Assembly (NCBI GenBank): GCA_964505005.1
Contig: CAZDFQ010000004.1
Coordinates: 5,172 to 69,171 of the forward strand
Length of the DNA stretch: 64,000 bases
Origin: an uncultured Candidatus Saccharibacteria bacterium
GTDB taxonomy: Bacteria; Patescibacteriota; Minisyncoccia; UBA6257; 2-01-FULL-56-20
Direction: 5' to 3'
In this document: positions 18,100 through 27,795 of the stretch, one piece after another
Layout of the letters: every line of letters begins with the position of its first letter
How positions within the stretch are numbered: position 1 is the first letter of the stretch
Translations under genes and position numbers: made by a program
The notes under the pieces: model-generated
Database searches by the model: none
Told to the model about the DNA's origin: nothing
The model's input: only the letters and a program-made list of their open reading frames with translations

Positions 18100-18797
18100 T
18101 GGGCTAATTGGCGGTTAACAATCTTCTGCTGAAAAATTGAAAAAAGAGAGCTGACGGCCCAGTACAAGCTTACCGCCGCCGGCAATTTCCAGAAAATAAG
18201 AAAGGTGATGATTGGAGCCATAAAAACCATTTGCCGGCCGATTTTTTCAGCCGAGCTCAATTCCCGGCTTTTATCTATTTTAGGCAAAGCTGTCCAGCCT
18301 TGAAGATACTGCAATAAAGCCGCCAGGCTCACCATCACAATACTCGTTTTTTCCAAGTTTATCAAGCCGAAAAGGGAGTAGTTTAAGGAACCAGGCGCTT
18401 TTATGAAAGGATAGAGGTCTTTTAATATTTCCGGCGTCAGGGGATTGAAAAATATTCGGTAGAGCGCAATGAGGACCGGCAATTGAACCAAAAGGAGGAG
18501 GAGCCCGGAAAGGGGATTGATATTGTGTTCCTGATAGAGCGCCATGGTCTTTTTAAGTTGTTCTTCTTTGTTGTCTTTATGCTCTCGCTGGATTTTCTCC
18601 AGTTTGGGTTGAATCTTTTGCATAAGCATCTGATGTTTGGTGCTTTTATGGAAAAGAGGGTAAAGGATGAGTCGAATAAAAATGGTCAAAAAAATTATGG
18701 CTAAACCGAAATTTTCAACGGCAATGGTGTTGTAGAAAAACACCAGAATATTTAAAAGCGGCTGATAAAAAATTAAATAATAGATGGAGCCAAGCAT
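18084..18797 (-). CDS. yidC: Membrane protein insertase YidC (short Oxa1-type form)
   Basis: Five TM helices, ~237 aa, conserved position between rnpA and jag. Confidence 0.8.
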   Translation of the reverse strand: MLGSIYYLIFYQPLLNILVFFYNTIAVENFGLAIIFLTIFIRLILYPLFHKSTKHQMLMQKIQPKLEKIQREHKDNKEEQLKKTMALYQEHNINPLSGLLLLLVQLPVLIALYRIFFNPLTPEILKDLYPFIKAPGSLNYSLFGLINLEKTSIVMVSLAALLQYLQGWTALPKIDKSRELSSAEKIGRQMVFMAPIITFLIFWKLPAAVSLYWAVSSLFSIFQQKIVNRQLAHLHAP

Positions 18798-18802
18798 CTG
18801 AT

Positions 18803-19123
18803 TTAGATGGATTTAATGTTTTCAAAAATTTTTTTAATTTCTTTTTTGATTTCAACCCTAGAAAGCTTGCCGGCCCTTGGAGAAGCAATAATCAAAAAAT
18901 CTCTGCTGGAATTTGGTTGTTGCCGGGCCCGACTAAGAATCAATCGTTTTAAAAAATGGCGCCGGGTGGAACGTTTGTCAACCCGGTTGTTGATGATGAC
19001 TCCGAAGCGATTGTAGCCGAGTTTGTTTTTAAAAACTTTCACCAGGAAATATTCGGCGACAAAACGTTTGATTGGTTTGGCAAAAAAATTTTCCGCTGGC
19101 AGGCGAAATTTTTTGGCAAGCAT
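18803..19123 (-). CDS. rnpA: Ribonuclease P protein component
   Basis: 'KKFRLPAENFFAK...RFGVIINNRVDKRSTRRHFLKR' basic RnpA signature, adjacent to rpmH. Confidence 0.85.
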   Translation of the reverse strand: MLAKKFRLPAENFFAKPIKRFVAEYFLVKVFKNKLGYNRFGVIINNRVDKRSTRRHFLKRLILSRARQQPNSSRDFLIIASPRAGKLSRVEIKKEIKKIFENIKSI

Positions 19124-19154
19124 AATAAAATCCAGTTTAGGTCGAGCTGATTAT

Positions 19155-19289
19155 TCAAGCCGTAAGGCGCCAACGCTTTTTGCGTCTTCGAGCCTTGAGA
19201 ACGCGGCGGCCGCCCGGGGCCCGACTTCTTTTTAGAAAGCCGTGGGTTCGCTGCCTTTTCCGTTTTTTGGGTTGATAAGTAACAGACAT
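19155..19289 (-). CDS. rpmH: 50S ribosomal protein L34
   Basis: Found by manual translation; it is under 60 aa and so absent from the ORF track. Product is '[44 protein letters not shown]'. Confidence 0.9.
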   Translation of the reverse strand: MSVTYQPKKRKRQRTHGFLKRSRAPGGRRVLKARRRKKRWRLTA

Positions 19290-19690
19290 TATAATTAGAT
19301 TACCATAGTAATTTTTAGATGCAATCCCAAACTAAAAATCGATAAAAAGTTTTCAACAAATAATCCCCAATTCTCTGTTTTCTTTCTTAAAATTTTCGAT
19401 AGAGTTGGAATCAAACAGCGAATCGTTTTTGATATTTTGTTGGCTAAAGATTGTTTCGGTGGTCGAGGTTTTATTAACTAATAACTATTGCTTTTTGAAA
19501 TTTTTGTCTGTTGCGAGTATATTATGTTTATAAGATTGTTCGTAATCGCCGCGCCCCCGCAGGAAATTAGGAAGTAACGAGAAAATAAATATTTTTGAGA
19601 TAAAGCCACGCTATTTAAATACAAAATCATCTCTAAACATTTTAAGGTCGTTTTAGGTATCAACAGAAAATATTTAATTTCCTCTGGGGC
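19290..19690. promoter_or_regulatory. Candidate chromosomal replication origin (oriC) between rpmH and dnaA
   Basis: rpmH-rnpA-yidC-jag diverging from dnaA-dnaN is the canonical oriC neighbourhood. 400-bp AT-rich non-coding stretch with DnaA-box-like 9-mers (19270-19278 'GTTGATAAG', near 19655 'GTATCAACA'). Confidence 0.55.
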
Positions 19691-21049
19691 ATGGAAAAAA
19701 ATCTTGAGCGCCTCTGGCAATCGGTTCTTAGCGAAATCGAGTCTCAGGTTTCGCGGGCTAATTTTGTTACTTGGCTAAAAAATAGTCGAATAGTTGACGA
19801 GCAGGACGGCGCCCTTTTTGTAATTTTGCCGAACAATTTTGCCAAAGAATGGGTAGAAAATAAATATCAGAAAAACCTTCTTGGTATTTGCCGGCAGTTT
19901 GATGATTCTATTAAAAAATTGGAATTCGTGGTTTCCGCCCAGAAAGCCGAGTTAGTAATTTCCAGAAAAAATCCGGTGGTTGTCGGCTTTGAAAACAAAA
20001 TGAATCTCGAGTTCCAAACCGACCAAGAGACCAGCCTTAATCCTCGTTATACTCTCAACTCTTTTGTTGTCGGTTCGTCGAACGAACTGGCGTTCAGCGC
20101 GGCCAATGCTGTTGTCCAAGGCGTCGGCACCAAATACAATCCGTTTTTTGTTTACGGCGGCGTGGGCCTTGGCAAAACCCATTTAATTCAAGCTATTGGC
20201 AACGAAATCAAGGCTCTTTACCGCGGCAAGGTAAGGCCCAAGTATGTGCCCTCAGAAAGATTCACCAGCGATGTTGTCTGGGCCATCCGGAATAAACGAA
20301 TGGAGGATATAAAAAAGAAATATCGCGACGTCGATGTCCTTATAATTGATGACATTCAATTCATCGGCGGCAAAGAAAAAACCGAAGAAGAATTTTTTCA
20401 TACTTTTAATGCGCTTTATGAAAACAACAAGCAGATTATTATTTCCTCGGACCGGCCGCCGCAGTCAATTCCGACCCTGGAAGAGCGGCTGCGGTCGCGA
20501 TTTGAGGGGGGCTTGATAGCTGATATTGTTTATCCGGAGTATGAAATGAGGGTGGCGATAATTAAAAGCAAGCTCCAAGAGAACAGTCGCGAATTAAAGG
20601 AGGAAATTATTGATTTAATCGCCCGCAAAGTAAAAAAGAATATCCGGGAACTGGAGGGGGTGCTGAATAAAATTCTTTTTTATCATGAAATGAAAGGTGT
20701 TCCGATTACCGAGAAGGCGGCTGAAGAAATAATTGAAAAATCCATTCAAAATTTCAGCCGGCGCGTTAGTGATTCCCAAATTATCAAGTCAGTGGCTGAA
20801 TTTTATAATATTTCGGTTGATGATTTAGTGGGGCAGGCTAGAAAAAAAGAAATTGTCGAGCCGCGCCAAATCGCCATGTATTTACTTCGGGATATGTTGG
20901 ATATGTCTTATCCTTACATCGGGGAAAAACTGGGGAAGGACCACACCACTGCCATTCACGCGGTAAGAAAAATAAACCAGGAAATCAACAGGAATTCTTC
21001 GTTAAACCAGAAGATTATTTCAATCAGAGAATTAATTTACGGCAACTAA
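19691..21049 (+). CDS. dnaA: Chromosomal replication initiator DnaA
   Basis: 'NPFFVYGGVGLGKTHL' Walker A, 'LIIDDIQF', and the C-terminal 'MYLLRDMLDMSYPYIGEKLGKDHTTAIHA' DnaA-box-binding domain. Confidence 0.95.
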   Translation: MEKNLERLWQSVLSEIESQVSRANFVTWLKNSRIVDEQDGALFVILPNNFAKEWVENKYQKNLLGICRQFDDSIKKLEFVVSAQKAELVISRKNPVVVGFENKMNLEFQTDQETSLNPRYTLNSFVVGSSNELAFSAANAVVQGVGTKYNPFFVYGGVGLGKTHLIQAIGNEIKALYRGKVRPKYVPSERFTSDVVWAIRNKRMEDIKKKYRDVDVLIIDDIQFIGGKEKTEEEFFHTFNALYENNKQIIISSDRPPQSIPTLEERLRSRFEGGLIADIVYPEYEMRVAIIKSKLQENSRELKEEIIDLIARKVKKNIRELEGVLNKILFYHEMKGVPITEKAAEEIIEKSIQNFSRRVSDSQIIKSVAEFYNISVDDLVGQARKKEIVEPRQIAMYLLRDMLDMSYPYIGEKLGKDHTTAIHAVRKINQEINRNSSLNQKIISIRELIYGN

Positions 21050-21172
21050 TTAACAGGACATTAAGTTTCCTAATTTTAAAAAAATAGGAATTGCAAGGGT
21101 TGTTAGGCGATTGGCAGAGAAACCGCCTTTTCTTAAAAACAACAACTATAAAATAATTTTATAAATATTATT

Positions 21173-22285
21173 ATGAAGTTGGTTATTATAAAGAATAATT
21201 TGAAAGAGGGAATTTCGGCTGTTAGTCGGGCGGCTGGAGAAAATCTAAATTTGCCCATTCTTAAAAACATTCTTTTAGAAACCGAAAGCGGCAAGCTTAA
21301 ATTGGCCGCCACCAACCTCGAATTAGCCGTCAGCTTTCATGCCTCCGGGAAGATAATCGAAAACGGCAGACTAACCGTCCCTCTTAATGTTTTCTCGGAA
21401 TTAATTAATAATATTTCGAGCGAGCGGCTCAACTTGGAAAGCCGGAAAAACATTCTGGAAATAAAAACCGATAATTATCAAGCTAGCCTTCGCGGCGCAG
21501 CGGCCGACGAATTCCCCTTAATTCCTAAAATAAAAAACACCAAAGAGTGCCTAGAATTTGATTCGGCGGTGCTTAAAGAGGCCTTAGGCCAAGTCATCGT
21601 CGCCTCCCAAATTTCCGAACTAAGACCAGAACTAAACAGTATTTTTTTTAATTTTTCGCTGGACAGCTTGAAAATTGTGGCCACCGACAGCTTTCGTTTG
21701 GCGGAAAAAACCTTGGCGGCTAACCAATTCCAGTCAAATCACCAAGAACCGTTTTCTTTGCTGCTACCCCTCCGCAGCGGCCAAGAACTGTTAAGAGTTT
21801 TTGACAACGAAGGAAAAGTCAAAATCTACCACGACGAAAACCAGATTTTATTCGAAACCGACCGACTCGAATTTTTTTCTCGGCTGTCAGAAGGAACCTT
21901 CCCTGATTATCAAGCCGTGGTCCCACAGAAATTCAATGCCGAGGCAAACATTTCCAAGGAGGAGCTTCTAAGCAGCCTTCGGTTGGCCGGCATATTTAGC
22001 AGCCGAACCAGCGAAGTAAAAGTTAAAATTTTAGAAAACAAAAAGGCCTTAGAAATTTCTTCTTCAGACCAAACAGTCGGCGAAAATAGTTATTTGTTGC
22101 CAGCCAGGCTTCAGGGCAGCGCCAAGGAAATCGGTTTCAATTGGCGCTATTTAGCTGATGGCTTGAAAGCGCTCAAAACCGACGAGGCCTTTCTGGCTCT
22201 CAACGACGATAATAAGCCCTCGCTTATCAAATCACCCAACGACGCTTCTTATTTTTATCTTTTAATGCCGGTTCTGCGGGTTTAA
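21173..22285 (+). CDS. dnaN: DNA polymerase III beta sliding clamp
   Basis: 370 aa immediately downstream of dnaA. 'LKLAATNLELAV' clamp N-terminal pattern and three-domain length. Confidence 0.9.
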   Translation: MKLVIIKNNLKEGISAVSRAAGENLNLPILKNILLETESGKLKLAATNLELAVSFHASGKIIENGRLTVPLNVFSELINNISSERLNLESRKNILEIKTDNYQASLRGAAADEFPLIPKIKNTKECLEFDSAVLKEALGQVIVASQISELRPELNSIFFNFSLDSLKIVATDSFRLAEKTLAANQFQSNHQEPFSLLLPLRSGQELLRVFDNEGKVKIYHDENQILFETDRLEFFSRLSEGTFPDYQAVVPQKFNAEANISKEELLSSLRLAGIFSSRTSEVKVKILENKKALEISSSDQTVGENSYLLPARLQGSAKEIGFNWRYLADGLKALKTDEAFLALNDDNKPSLIKSPNDASYFYLLMPVLRV

Positions 22286-22296
22286 TATTTTGTGGC

Positions 22297-24864
22297 CTAC
22301 TGAGCATACAAGATAATTTCTTGGCGGCTGCTCCGGCCCAAGCCGTCAATCGCCTCTACCTCCAAAAGATTTTGCGGATTTAGGGTTGGCGCAAAACTCC
22401 AGTCAAGCTGGTATGGAGAGCCGAGATTTTCTGAAAAACTGCCGACCAGCCGGCCGTTAAAATAAACATTTATTTGCTTGATGACCGAGGCCGCCGAAAT
22501 TTTGGCGGCCACTCTTAGCGGCGACCCAACAAAAGCCGCGCTAGTCGGCTCAATTATTTGGATTAGCGGCGAAAAAGACGCCGGGGCCGGAGCGCTGGAA
22601 GTTGAATTTAAAATAATCAGATTGGATTGAGAGAAATTCGGCAGATTGTTTTTGGCCCACTCCAAAACACCGAACTCCCAGTTGGAAAATTGAGGATCGT
22701 CAGCTGGATTGCCGGGGGCCGGCCCAAGGGGGTCGGCCTTATCGACGTAATAAAGAATCGAATGGATTTGTTGGTTGGCTAAATAATCGCCATTCAGCAT
22801 GGGCTTTGATTCAGTTACCGGAGACGGTCTATTGAAAACTTCTTTTGGCTGGGTTTTCAGGGCTTCGAGCATAAAATCATGCCAAATCGGGACAGCGGCC
22901 AAAATACTGCCGGCATTTTTTTGCATTGGCGCGTTGTCGTTGTTTCCGGCCCAGACGCCGGCCACAAAAGAAGGCGTATAACCAACAGCCCAGGCGTCGC
23001 GGTAGTCATTACTGGTGCCGGTTTTAAGCGCCACATCATAGTCAGGGAAAACAGTCAGAGGTAAACTATTCTGGAAAAGTCCGGCCCGGGCGTCATTGTC
23101 AGAGAGGACATCGTTTACCAGCCGGACAAACTGACTGCCAGCCGCAATTTCGCTTTGGTCCTGATAGGACTCGAGAATTTGATTATTGCTGTTCCGAACC
23201 TCCAGAATCATGGATTGCTGATGTTTTACCCCTTCTTGCGAGAGAGCCGAATAGGCCTCGACCAAATCAATAAGCTTCACTTCGCCGCCGCCCAGCACCA
23301 GCGAAAGGCCATAGCGGCCGGCCTCATTGAGCGTCGTAATGCCGAATTTGTGAAGCGTATCCAGAGTATTTTTGAGGCCAGCTAGATAAAGAACTTTGAC
23401 CGAGGCCACATTTATTGATTGAGCCAGGGCCTGGCGGAGGGTGACCGGCCCCAGGAATCTCCCGCTGAAATTTTCTGGATGAAAGCAAGCCGGGTTGTCA
23501 TTGGAAAAATCAACTGCGGCCGGACAGAGCGGATTGTTGGGGACAAACTCGGTTGGCGCATCGAACAAGGCCGTGTCCGGCGAATAACCTTTTTCAAAAA
23601 GCGTTAGATAGGCGAACGGCTTGAGCGCCGAGCCTGGCTGACGCAAGCCCTGAACCGCAACATTAAAATTCGGTTCGAATTTGCAATTTTGACCAGGAAC
23701 GCAGCCTTGAGGCAAAGAAGAGCTGGCAAAGTAATCTCTTGAGCCAACTAGGGCCAGAATTTGACCAGTTTTCGGGTCTTCGGCAACTAACGAAGCATTG
23801 TAGCCCTGGTACAATTTCTCGTTTCGTTCGGCGCCGTCTTTAACAGCTTTTTCCGCGGCCCGCTGAAGATTCCAGTCGAGAGTAGTGATAACTTTGAGCC
23901 CGCCTTCCCGGACAGCGGCCTCGCCGTATTTTTGAGTTAATTCGTCAACAACCGTCATTACGAAATGCGGCGCCTTAATCCCAGTCAGGCTGCGCGGAGC
24001 AAAAGAAATTTTTTCCTTTAGAGCGTTGTTAAATTCCTTTTCGGTAATCTTATCCAGACGATACATTCTCCCCAAAATATATTTTTGCCGGCTGAACAAC
24101 TCGTTAGCGTGGCTGCCCCAGGGCGAGTAATAACTCGGGGCCCGCGGCAGGGCCGCGATAACGGCGCTTTCTGCTAGGGTCAAATATTTTACCGGCTTTC
24201 CGAAGTAAAGCTCGCTGGCGGCCTCGACGCCATAGGCGGTTGGGCCATAAGGAATTTCATTAAGATAAAAATAAAGTATTTCGTCTTTGGAGTAGCGCCG
24301 GTTAAGCTGAATCGCCAAAACGAATTCTTTTATTTTTCTCGTTAAAGTTTGTTCAGAAGACAGAAAAGCGTTTTTAGCCAGCTGTTGAGTAATGGTTGAG
24401 CCGCCCTGGAGGATACGGCCATTAAGCGCGTTGACCATTAGGGCTCTCGCAATGGCGAACCAAGAGAAGCCGGATTCAGTGTAAAAATTTTCATCTTCAG
24501 TAACAATGGTGGCGTCTTTAAGCGATTTCGGAATGTCGCTTAAAGGTATAATGGTTCTATTTTCATTAGCATGAATTTCATAAAGCAAGGTTTGGCCAGC
24601 GCGGTCGTAGATTTTGGTGGACTGGCTGATTTTGCGTTCGTTGAGCTCGGCGACCGATGGCAAATCTTTTGCTAGAACCAAGACTAAAAAGACAAAAAAA
24701 ACAAAAAAAGTCGCCAGCAAAGAGGCCGCTAACCAAAAAAGATTTTTCCAGCGGCCTATTTTCCGTCGATTTTTCCCCGCCGAATCAATTAGTTCTTGGC
24801 CGGCCAAAGAGGTGGTCCCTGGTTTTTCCTGTTGGATAGCCTTTTTTACTTTTTTAGACCTCAT
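22297..24864 (-). CDS. Class A penicillin-binding protein (bifunctional glycosyltransferase/transpeptidase, PBP1A family)
   Basis: N-terminal TM, GT51 motifs 'EDENFYTESGFSW...RQGGSTITQQLAKN', transpeptidase 'KTGTS' motif, and a C-terminal extension. Confidence 0.85.
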   Translation of the reverse strand: MRSKKVKKAIQQEKPGTTSLAGQELIDSAGKNRRKIGRWKNLFWLAASLLATFFVFFVFLVLVLAKDLPSVAELNERKISQSTKIYDRAGQTLLYEIHANENRTIIPLSDIPKSLKDATIVTEDENFYTESGFSWFAIARALMVNALNGRILQGGSTITQQLAKNAFLSSEQTLTRKIKEFVLAIQLNRRYSKDEILYFYLNEIPYGPTAYGVEAASELYFGKPVKYLTLAESAVIAALPRAPSYYSPWGSHANELFSRQKYILGRMYRLDKITEKEFNNALKEKISFAPRSLTGIKAPHFVMTVVDELTQKYGEAAVREGGLKVITTLDWNLQRAAEKAVKDGAERNEKLYQGYNASLVAEDPKTGQILALVGSRDYFASSSLPQGCVPGQNCKFEPNFNVAVQGLRQPGSALKPFAYLTLFEKGYSPDTALFDAPTEFVPNNPLCPAAVDFSNDNPACFHPENFSGRFLGPVTLRQALAQSINVASVKVLYLAGLKNTLDTLHKFGITTLNEAGRYGLSLVLGGGEVKLIDLVEAYSALSQEGVKHQQSMILEVRNSNNQILESYQDQSEIAAGSQFVRLVNDVLSDNDARAGLFQNSLPLTVFPDYDVALKTGTSNDYRDAWAVGYTPSFVAGVWAGNNDNAPMQKNAGSILAAVPIWHDFMLEALKTQPKEVFNRPSPVTESKPMLNGDYLANQQIHSILYYVDKADPLGPAPGNPADDPQFSNWEFGVLEWAKNNLPNFSQSNLIILNSTSSAPAPASFSPLIQIIEPTSAAFVGSPLRVAAKISAASVIKQINVYFNGRLVGSFSENLGSPYQLDWSFAPTLNPQNLLEVEAIDGLGRSSRQEIILYAQ

Positions 24865-24973
24865 GATTCCGATTATGAGAACAATACGCTGTTTGGGGGA
24901 CTATTTTCATATTATCGTTGTTTTCTAAATAGTTTGTCAAAAAATTTCTAAATTACTTGTAGAGAGAACAAAC

Positions 24974-25007
24974 AAAAATCGCTTCGACGCTAGTCGAAGC
25001 GATTTTT
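24974..25007 (-). terminator. Rho-independent terminator (perfect 14-bp palindrome)
   Basis: 'aaaaatcgcttcgacgctagtcgaagcgattttt' flanked by T/A runs, downstream of the small acidic ORF on the minus strand. Confidence 0.6.
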
Positions 25008-25060
25008 GAAAAACTGATTATTATAGCCGCCGGAATAGTTCCGCCTGACCGCCGTCGGGT

Positions 25061-25216
25061 TTATTCGTAAGAATCCTCATCGTCTGCTTCCTCCAAATCC
25101 TCTAACTCCTCTTCATCCAAAGATTCTCCGTTCCCAGGCCCTTCATCATCAGCGACATCGTCGCCATCATTGTCTTGAAGCCAAACATCGGAGAGAAGTT
25201 CTAATTCAGCATTCAT
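25061..25216 (-). CDS. Small highly acidic protein (51 aa), hypothetical
   Basis: Manual translation gives 'MNAELELLSDVWLQDNDGDDVADDEGPGNGESLDEEELEDLEEADDEDSYE'. The only support is the terminator that follows it. Confidence 0.3.
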   Translation of the reverse strand: MNAELELLSDVWLQDNDGDDVADDEGPGNGESLDEEELEDLEEADDEDSYE

Positions 25217-25513
25217 TGGATATTAATTCTTTGGTCCAAGCAGATTATTTTAAAAATAATCAGGCTGCCAAAACATAAGAAGGCCTCGACCTTTCCGAAA
25301 TTAAATAATTATTGTTCAATCTTATTGAGGGGAAAGAATTAGTTCTTTGCCAATCGCCGAATTTTTAATTTAAAAAGTATATGATAAAAAGGCCTTTTGT
25401 CAACCCCCACACCAATCGGTGCACAGATGAGGCAGATGCAACATCAGAGCCGCAAGGCGACTCGTCTTCTAATTGTGCCATTCCACTAAATTCTGCCGCG
25501 ATTGGCGTGGGGG

Positions 25514-25993
25514 TCAACCCTGGCCAAGCCCCGATTGCCGAGCAGCCAAAACAGCAATTGCCAAGGCGTCACTAACATCGTCAATCACCTTTAGTTTGGG
25601 CAGTCGCAGCGACAATTTGACCATTTTGGCTACAGCGGCTTTATCCGCCAAACCGTAGCCGGTCAGGCCGGCCTTTATCTCACTCGGAGAGTATTCTTCG
25701 ATTTTGAGGCCGGCTTCCAAGCCAGCCAGAATAATCACGCCGGCGGCTCGGGCCACGGCCATGGCGGTTTTCTGGTTCTGGGCAAAGTAAAGCTTTTCCA
25801 CCGCCATAATTTCCGGCTGATGTTTTCTGAGGAGCGAATCAAGCGTTTTTTTTATTTCCAAAAGATTATTTTTCTTGGCGGTAGATTTTATTTTTAGCAA
25901 TCCGGCCGCCACAAACCTCAGAGTCGCCCGCTCTTTTTTGATTAAACCGTAGCCGACGCGGACGGTGCCAGGGTCAATACCGAGAATTATCAT
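25514..25993 (-). CDS. ruvC: Holliday junction resolvase RuvC
   Basis: 'MIILGIDPGTVRVGYGLI' RuvC N-terminus; ~159 aa. Confidence 0.9.
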   Translation of the reverse strand: MIILGIDPGTVRVGYGLIKKERATLRFVAAGLLKIKSTAKKNNLLEIKKTLDSLLRKHQPEIMAVEKLYFAQNQKTAMAVARAAGVIILAGLEAGLKIEEYSPSEIKAGLTGYGLADKAAVAKMVKLSLRLPKLKVIDDVSDALAIAVLAARQSGLGQG

Positions 25994-25996
25994 AAA

Positions 25997-26136
25997 ATTC
26001 TAAATCCGAAATCCTAATTTCTAAACAAATCCTAAATATCAAAATCCAAAATCCTAATAATCGAGACCCGTTTTTGGAATTTTTAATTTGGGGTTTTGGA
26101 ATTTGTTTAGGATTTAGATATTAGGATTTAGAGATT
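25997..26136. repeat. Family A palindromic MITE-like element between ruvC and yebC
   Basis: 'ctaaatccgaaatcctaatttctaaacaaatcctaaat...tttgtttaggatttagatattaggatttagagatta' with a short central spacer. Confidence 0.55.
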
Positions 26137-26662
26137 AGTTGCTGTTTGCATAGACCCTTTGGATATCATTATGGTCTTCGAGAACTTTTACAAGCGCAGC
26201 CAATTTGCTTTTGTCTTCTTCGTTAAGTTGCTGCGGAAACTTGGCTTGCCAGCCGCCGTCTTTTTGTTGGAAAGCCCAAGCCACGCTTCCAAACTCAGCC
26301 CATTTAGTGTTGTTTTCATTTAAAATTTTTTTAATTTCCGCGATGGTCCGGTTTTTGTTGTCAGTAGTCGCCTCGATTAAGAGCTGGCTGCCGGCTGGCC
26401 CGATGGCTCCTAATAAAAGTTCTTCAATAGCCGCGCCGGCCTCGTTCGCCCGCTTGATAGCGCGCTCGATATTTTCGTTCGGCACCTTGGCCTCTCTGGC
26501 TTTTTGAACAGCGGTTCGGAGCCGCGGGTTAAACTCCGGATTAGGGTCGGTTCTGGCCGCAATGCTGATGGCTGCCAATAGTTTGGAAAATATCTGGCCG
26601 CGCTTCTGATCAGCAATTCCTTTTTTATGTTTTATGCCACTCCAGTGGGAATGTCCGGACAT
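26135..26662 (-). CDS. YebC/PmpR family DNA-binding regulator (short form)
   Basis: 'MSGHSHWSGIKHKKGIADQKRGQIFSKL' is the YebC family N-terminus. Confidence 0.8.
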   Translation of the reverse strand: MSGHSHWSGIKHKKGIADQKRGQIFSKLLAAISIAARTDPNPEFNPRLRTAVQKAREAKVPNENIERAIKRANEAGAAIEELLLGAIGPAGSQLLIEATTDNKNRTIAEIKKILNENNTKWAEFGSVAWAFQQKDGGWQAKFPQQLNEEDKSKLAALVKVLEDHNDIQRVYANSN

Positions 26663-26711
26663 GGTTTTATATCATCAGTTTATAGTTATAAGGTATTAGT
26701 TTCAAGATTGT

Positions 26712-26765
26712 AAAAAAGAACACCCCTGGCCAGCGCACGCATTGCACGCACTGCTAGCCAGGGGT
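26712..26765 (-). terminator. Hairpin terminator downstream of the high-GC lipoprotein gene
   Basis: Stem 'cccctggc ... gccagggg' preceded by an A-run on the plus strand, giving a T-run after the hairpin on the minus strand. Confidence 0.45.
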
Positions 26766-26780
26766 CGAGCGAAGGGAGGG

Positions 26781-27668
26781 TCAGCGCCGGATGTCCCACG
26801 GGCCAAGGAGGAACGGATAGGCGAGGACGCCCTCCTCGGGAACCGTGAACATAAACGCCGCCTGACCGGCGAGCCCGCCCCGCGGATCGGTGAAGCGGGC
26901 ATTGAGAATTCCGGTCTGGCTTGGCCCTAGCAGAACCCGGGGATTCCAATAGGTAAAGCCGCAAGGCGGTAGCACCCTTTCATCACCAACCTTGTTGCCG
27001 ACCGTGATGCTGGCCGTAACCGTGAACAGCGAAACGTTCACGACCGGCACCGCGGCCGTACCGTTATACGACTCCCGCGGCCTTTCTTTGATAGTCGTGG
27101 CAAGCTGGGTTGCTGGCGGCGGGTATACAACACCCAAACCACTTTGGACATACCGGCCGTCCAACCCGCGGATTTCGCCTACCGTAATGGGCCAGGTGTC
27201 CGTTACCGCATAGCCAACCGGGAACTGAAAGACCCGGGCCGCGGCGCCGACGCACTGGGTCATCCCAGGGTCGGTGTAGAAGATCTCGACTGCCGGAATT
27301 TGTGCCCACAATGGCTCAAAAGATCTCCAAGTGATGAGTCGGTCCCCGGGGTCCAGCTCAGCCATTGGCTCGCCATAGATGTAGATACGGCCGTAGAACG
27401 GCGTACTACCGTTATCCACCGACAACGTTTGGCTTCCGGCTGGGATAATCCCTGCCTGCCGCAAAGCCGGCAGGTCGCCCCTCGGCAACCCGCTGACCAC
27501 CAGGCTAGCGGTCCGGCGAACCGATTGCTGGAGTTCGGCACAGCCGGAGAGGGCCACAACGAGCATGGCGACAGCTATTACTGCCGCTACTACCCACATG
27601 ATTCTCAGCCACCACTGCAAAGCGGCGGCCGAGAAAGCCGCGAGGCGCTCGACATCCACTCTTCTCAT
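26781..27668 (-). CDS. Lipoprotein (signal peptide plus lipobox 'LSGC'), unknown function; high-GC horizontally acquired islet
   Basis: N-terminus 'MRRVDVERLAAFSAAALQWWLRIMWVVAAVIAVAMLVVALSGC'. Local GC is ~60% or more, with GC3-rich codons, against ~45% in neighbouring genes. Confidence 0.6.
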   Translation of the reverse strand: MRRVDVERLAAFSAAALQWWLRIMWVVAAVIAVAMLVVALSGCAELQQSVRRTASLVVSGLPRGDLPALRQAGIIPAGSQTLSVDNGSTPFYGRIYIYGEPMAELDPGDRLITWRSFEPLWAQIPAVEIFYTDPGMTQCVGAAARVFQFPVGYAVTDTWPITVGEIRGLDGRYVQSGLGVVYPPPATQLATTIKERPRESYNGTAAVPVVNVSLFTVTASITVGNKVGDERVLPPCGFTYWNPRVLLGPSQTGILNARFTDPRGGLAGQAAFMFTVPEEGVLAYPFLLGPWDIRR

Positions 27669-27795
27669 TTTTCACTTCCTTTCTTTGCTCTCTGCCTCGC
27701 AGGCAGAGAAAAAAGTTGATTGCAACCGCCAAGTTTCTGCCTAAATTATATATTATAAATACCATTTCGTCAAATTTTCGGACGGCCCCTAAAAC

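Noticed and set aside
26686-27765. Many overlapping ORFs on both strands (26686-26964, 26702-26902, 26742-26930, 27064-27309, 27144-27719, 27260-27559, 27505-27765)
   Set aside because: They are artefacts of the high-GC insert, where stop codons are rare in all frames. Only the 295-aa minus-strand ORF has a signal peptide and lipobox, a plausible start and a downstream terminator.
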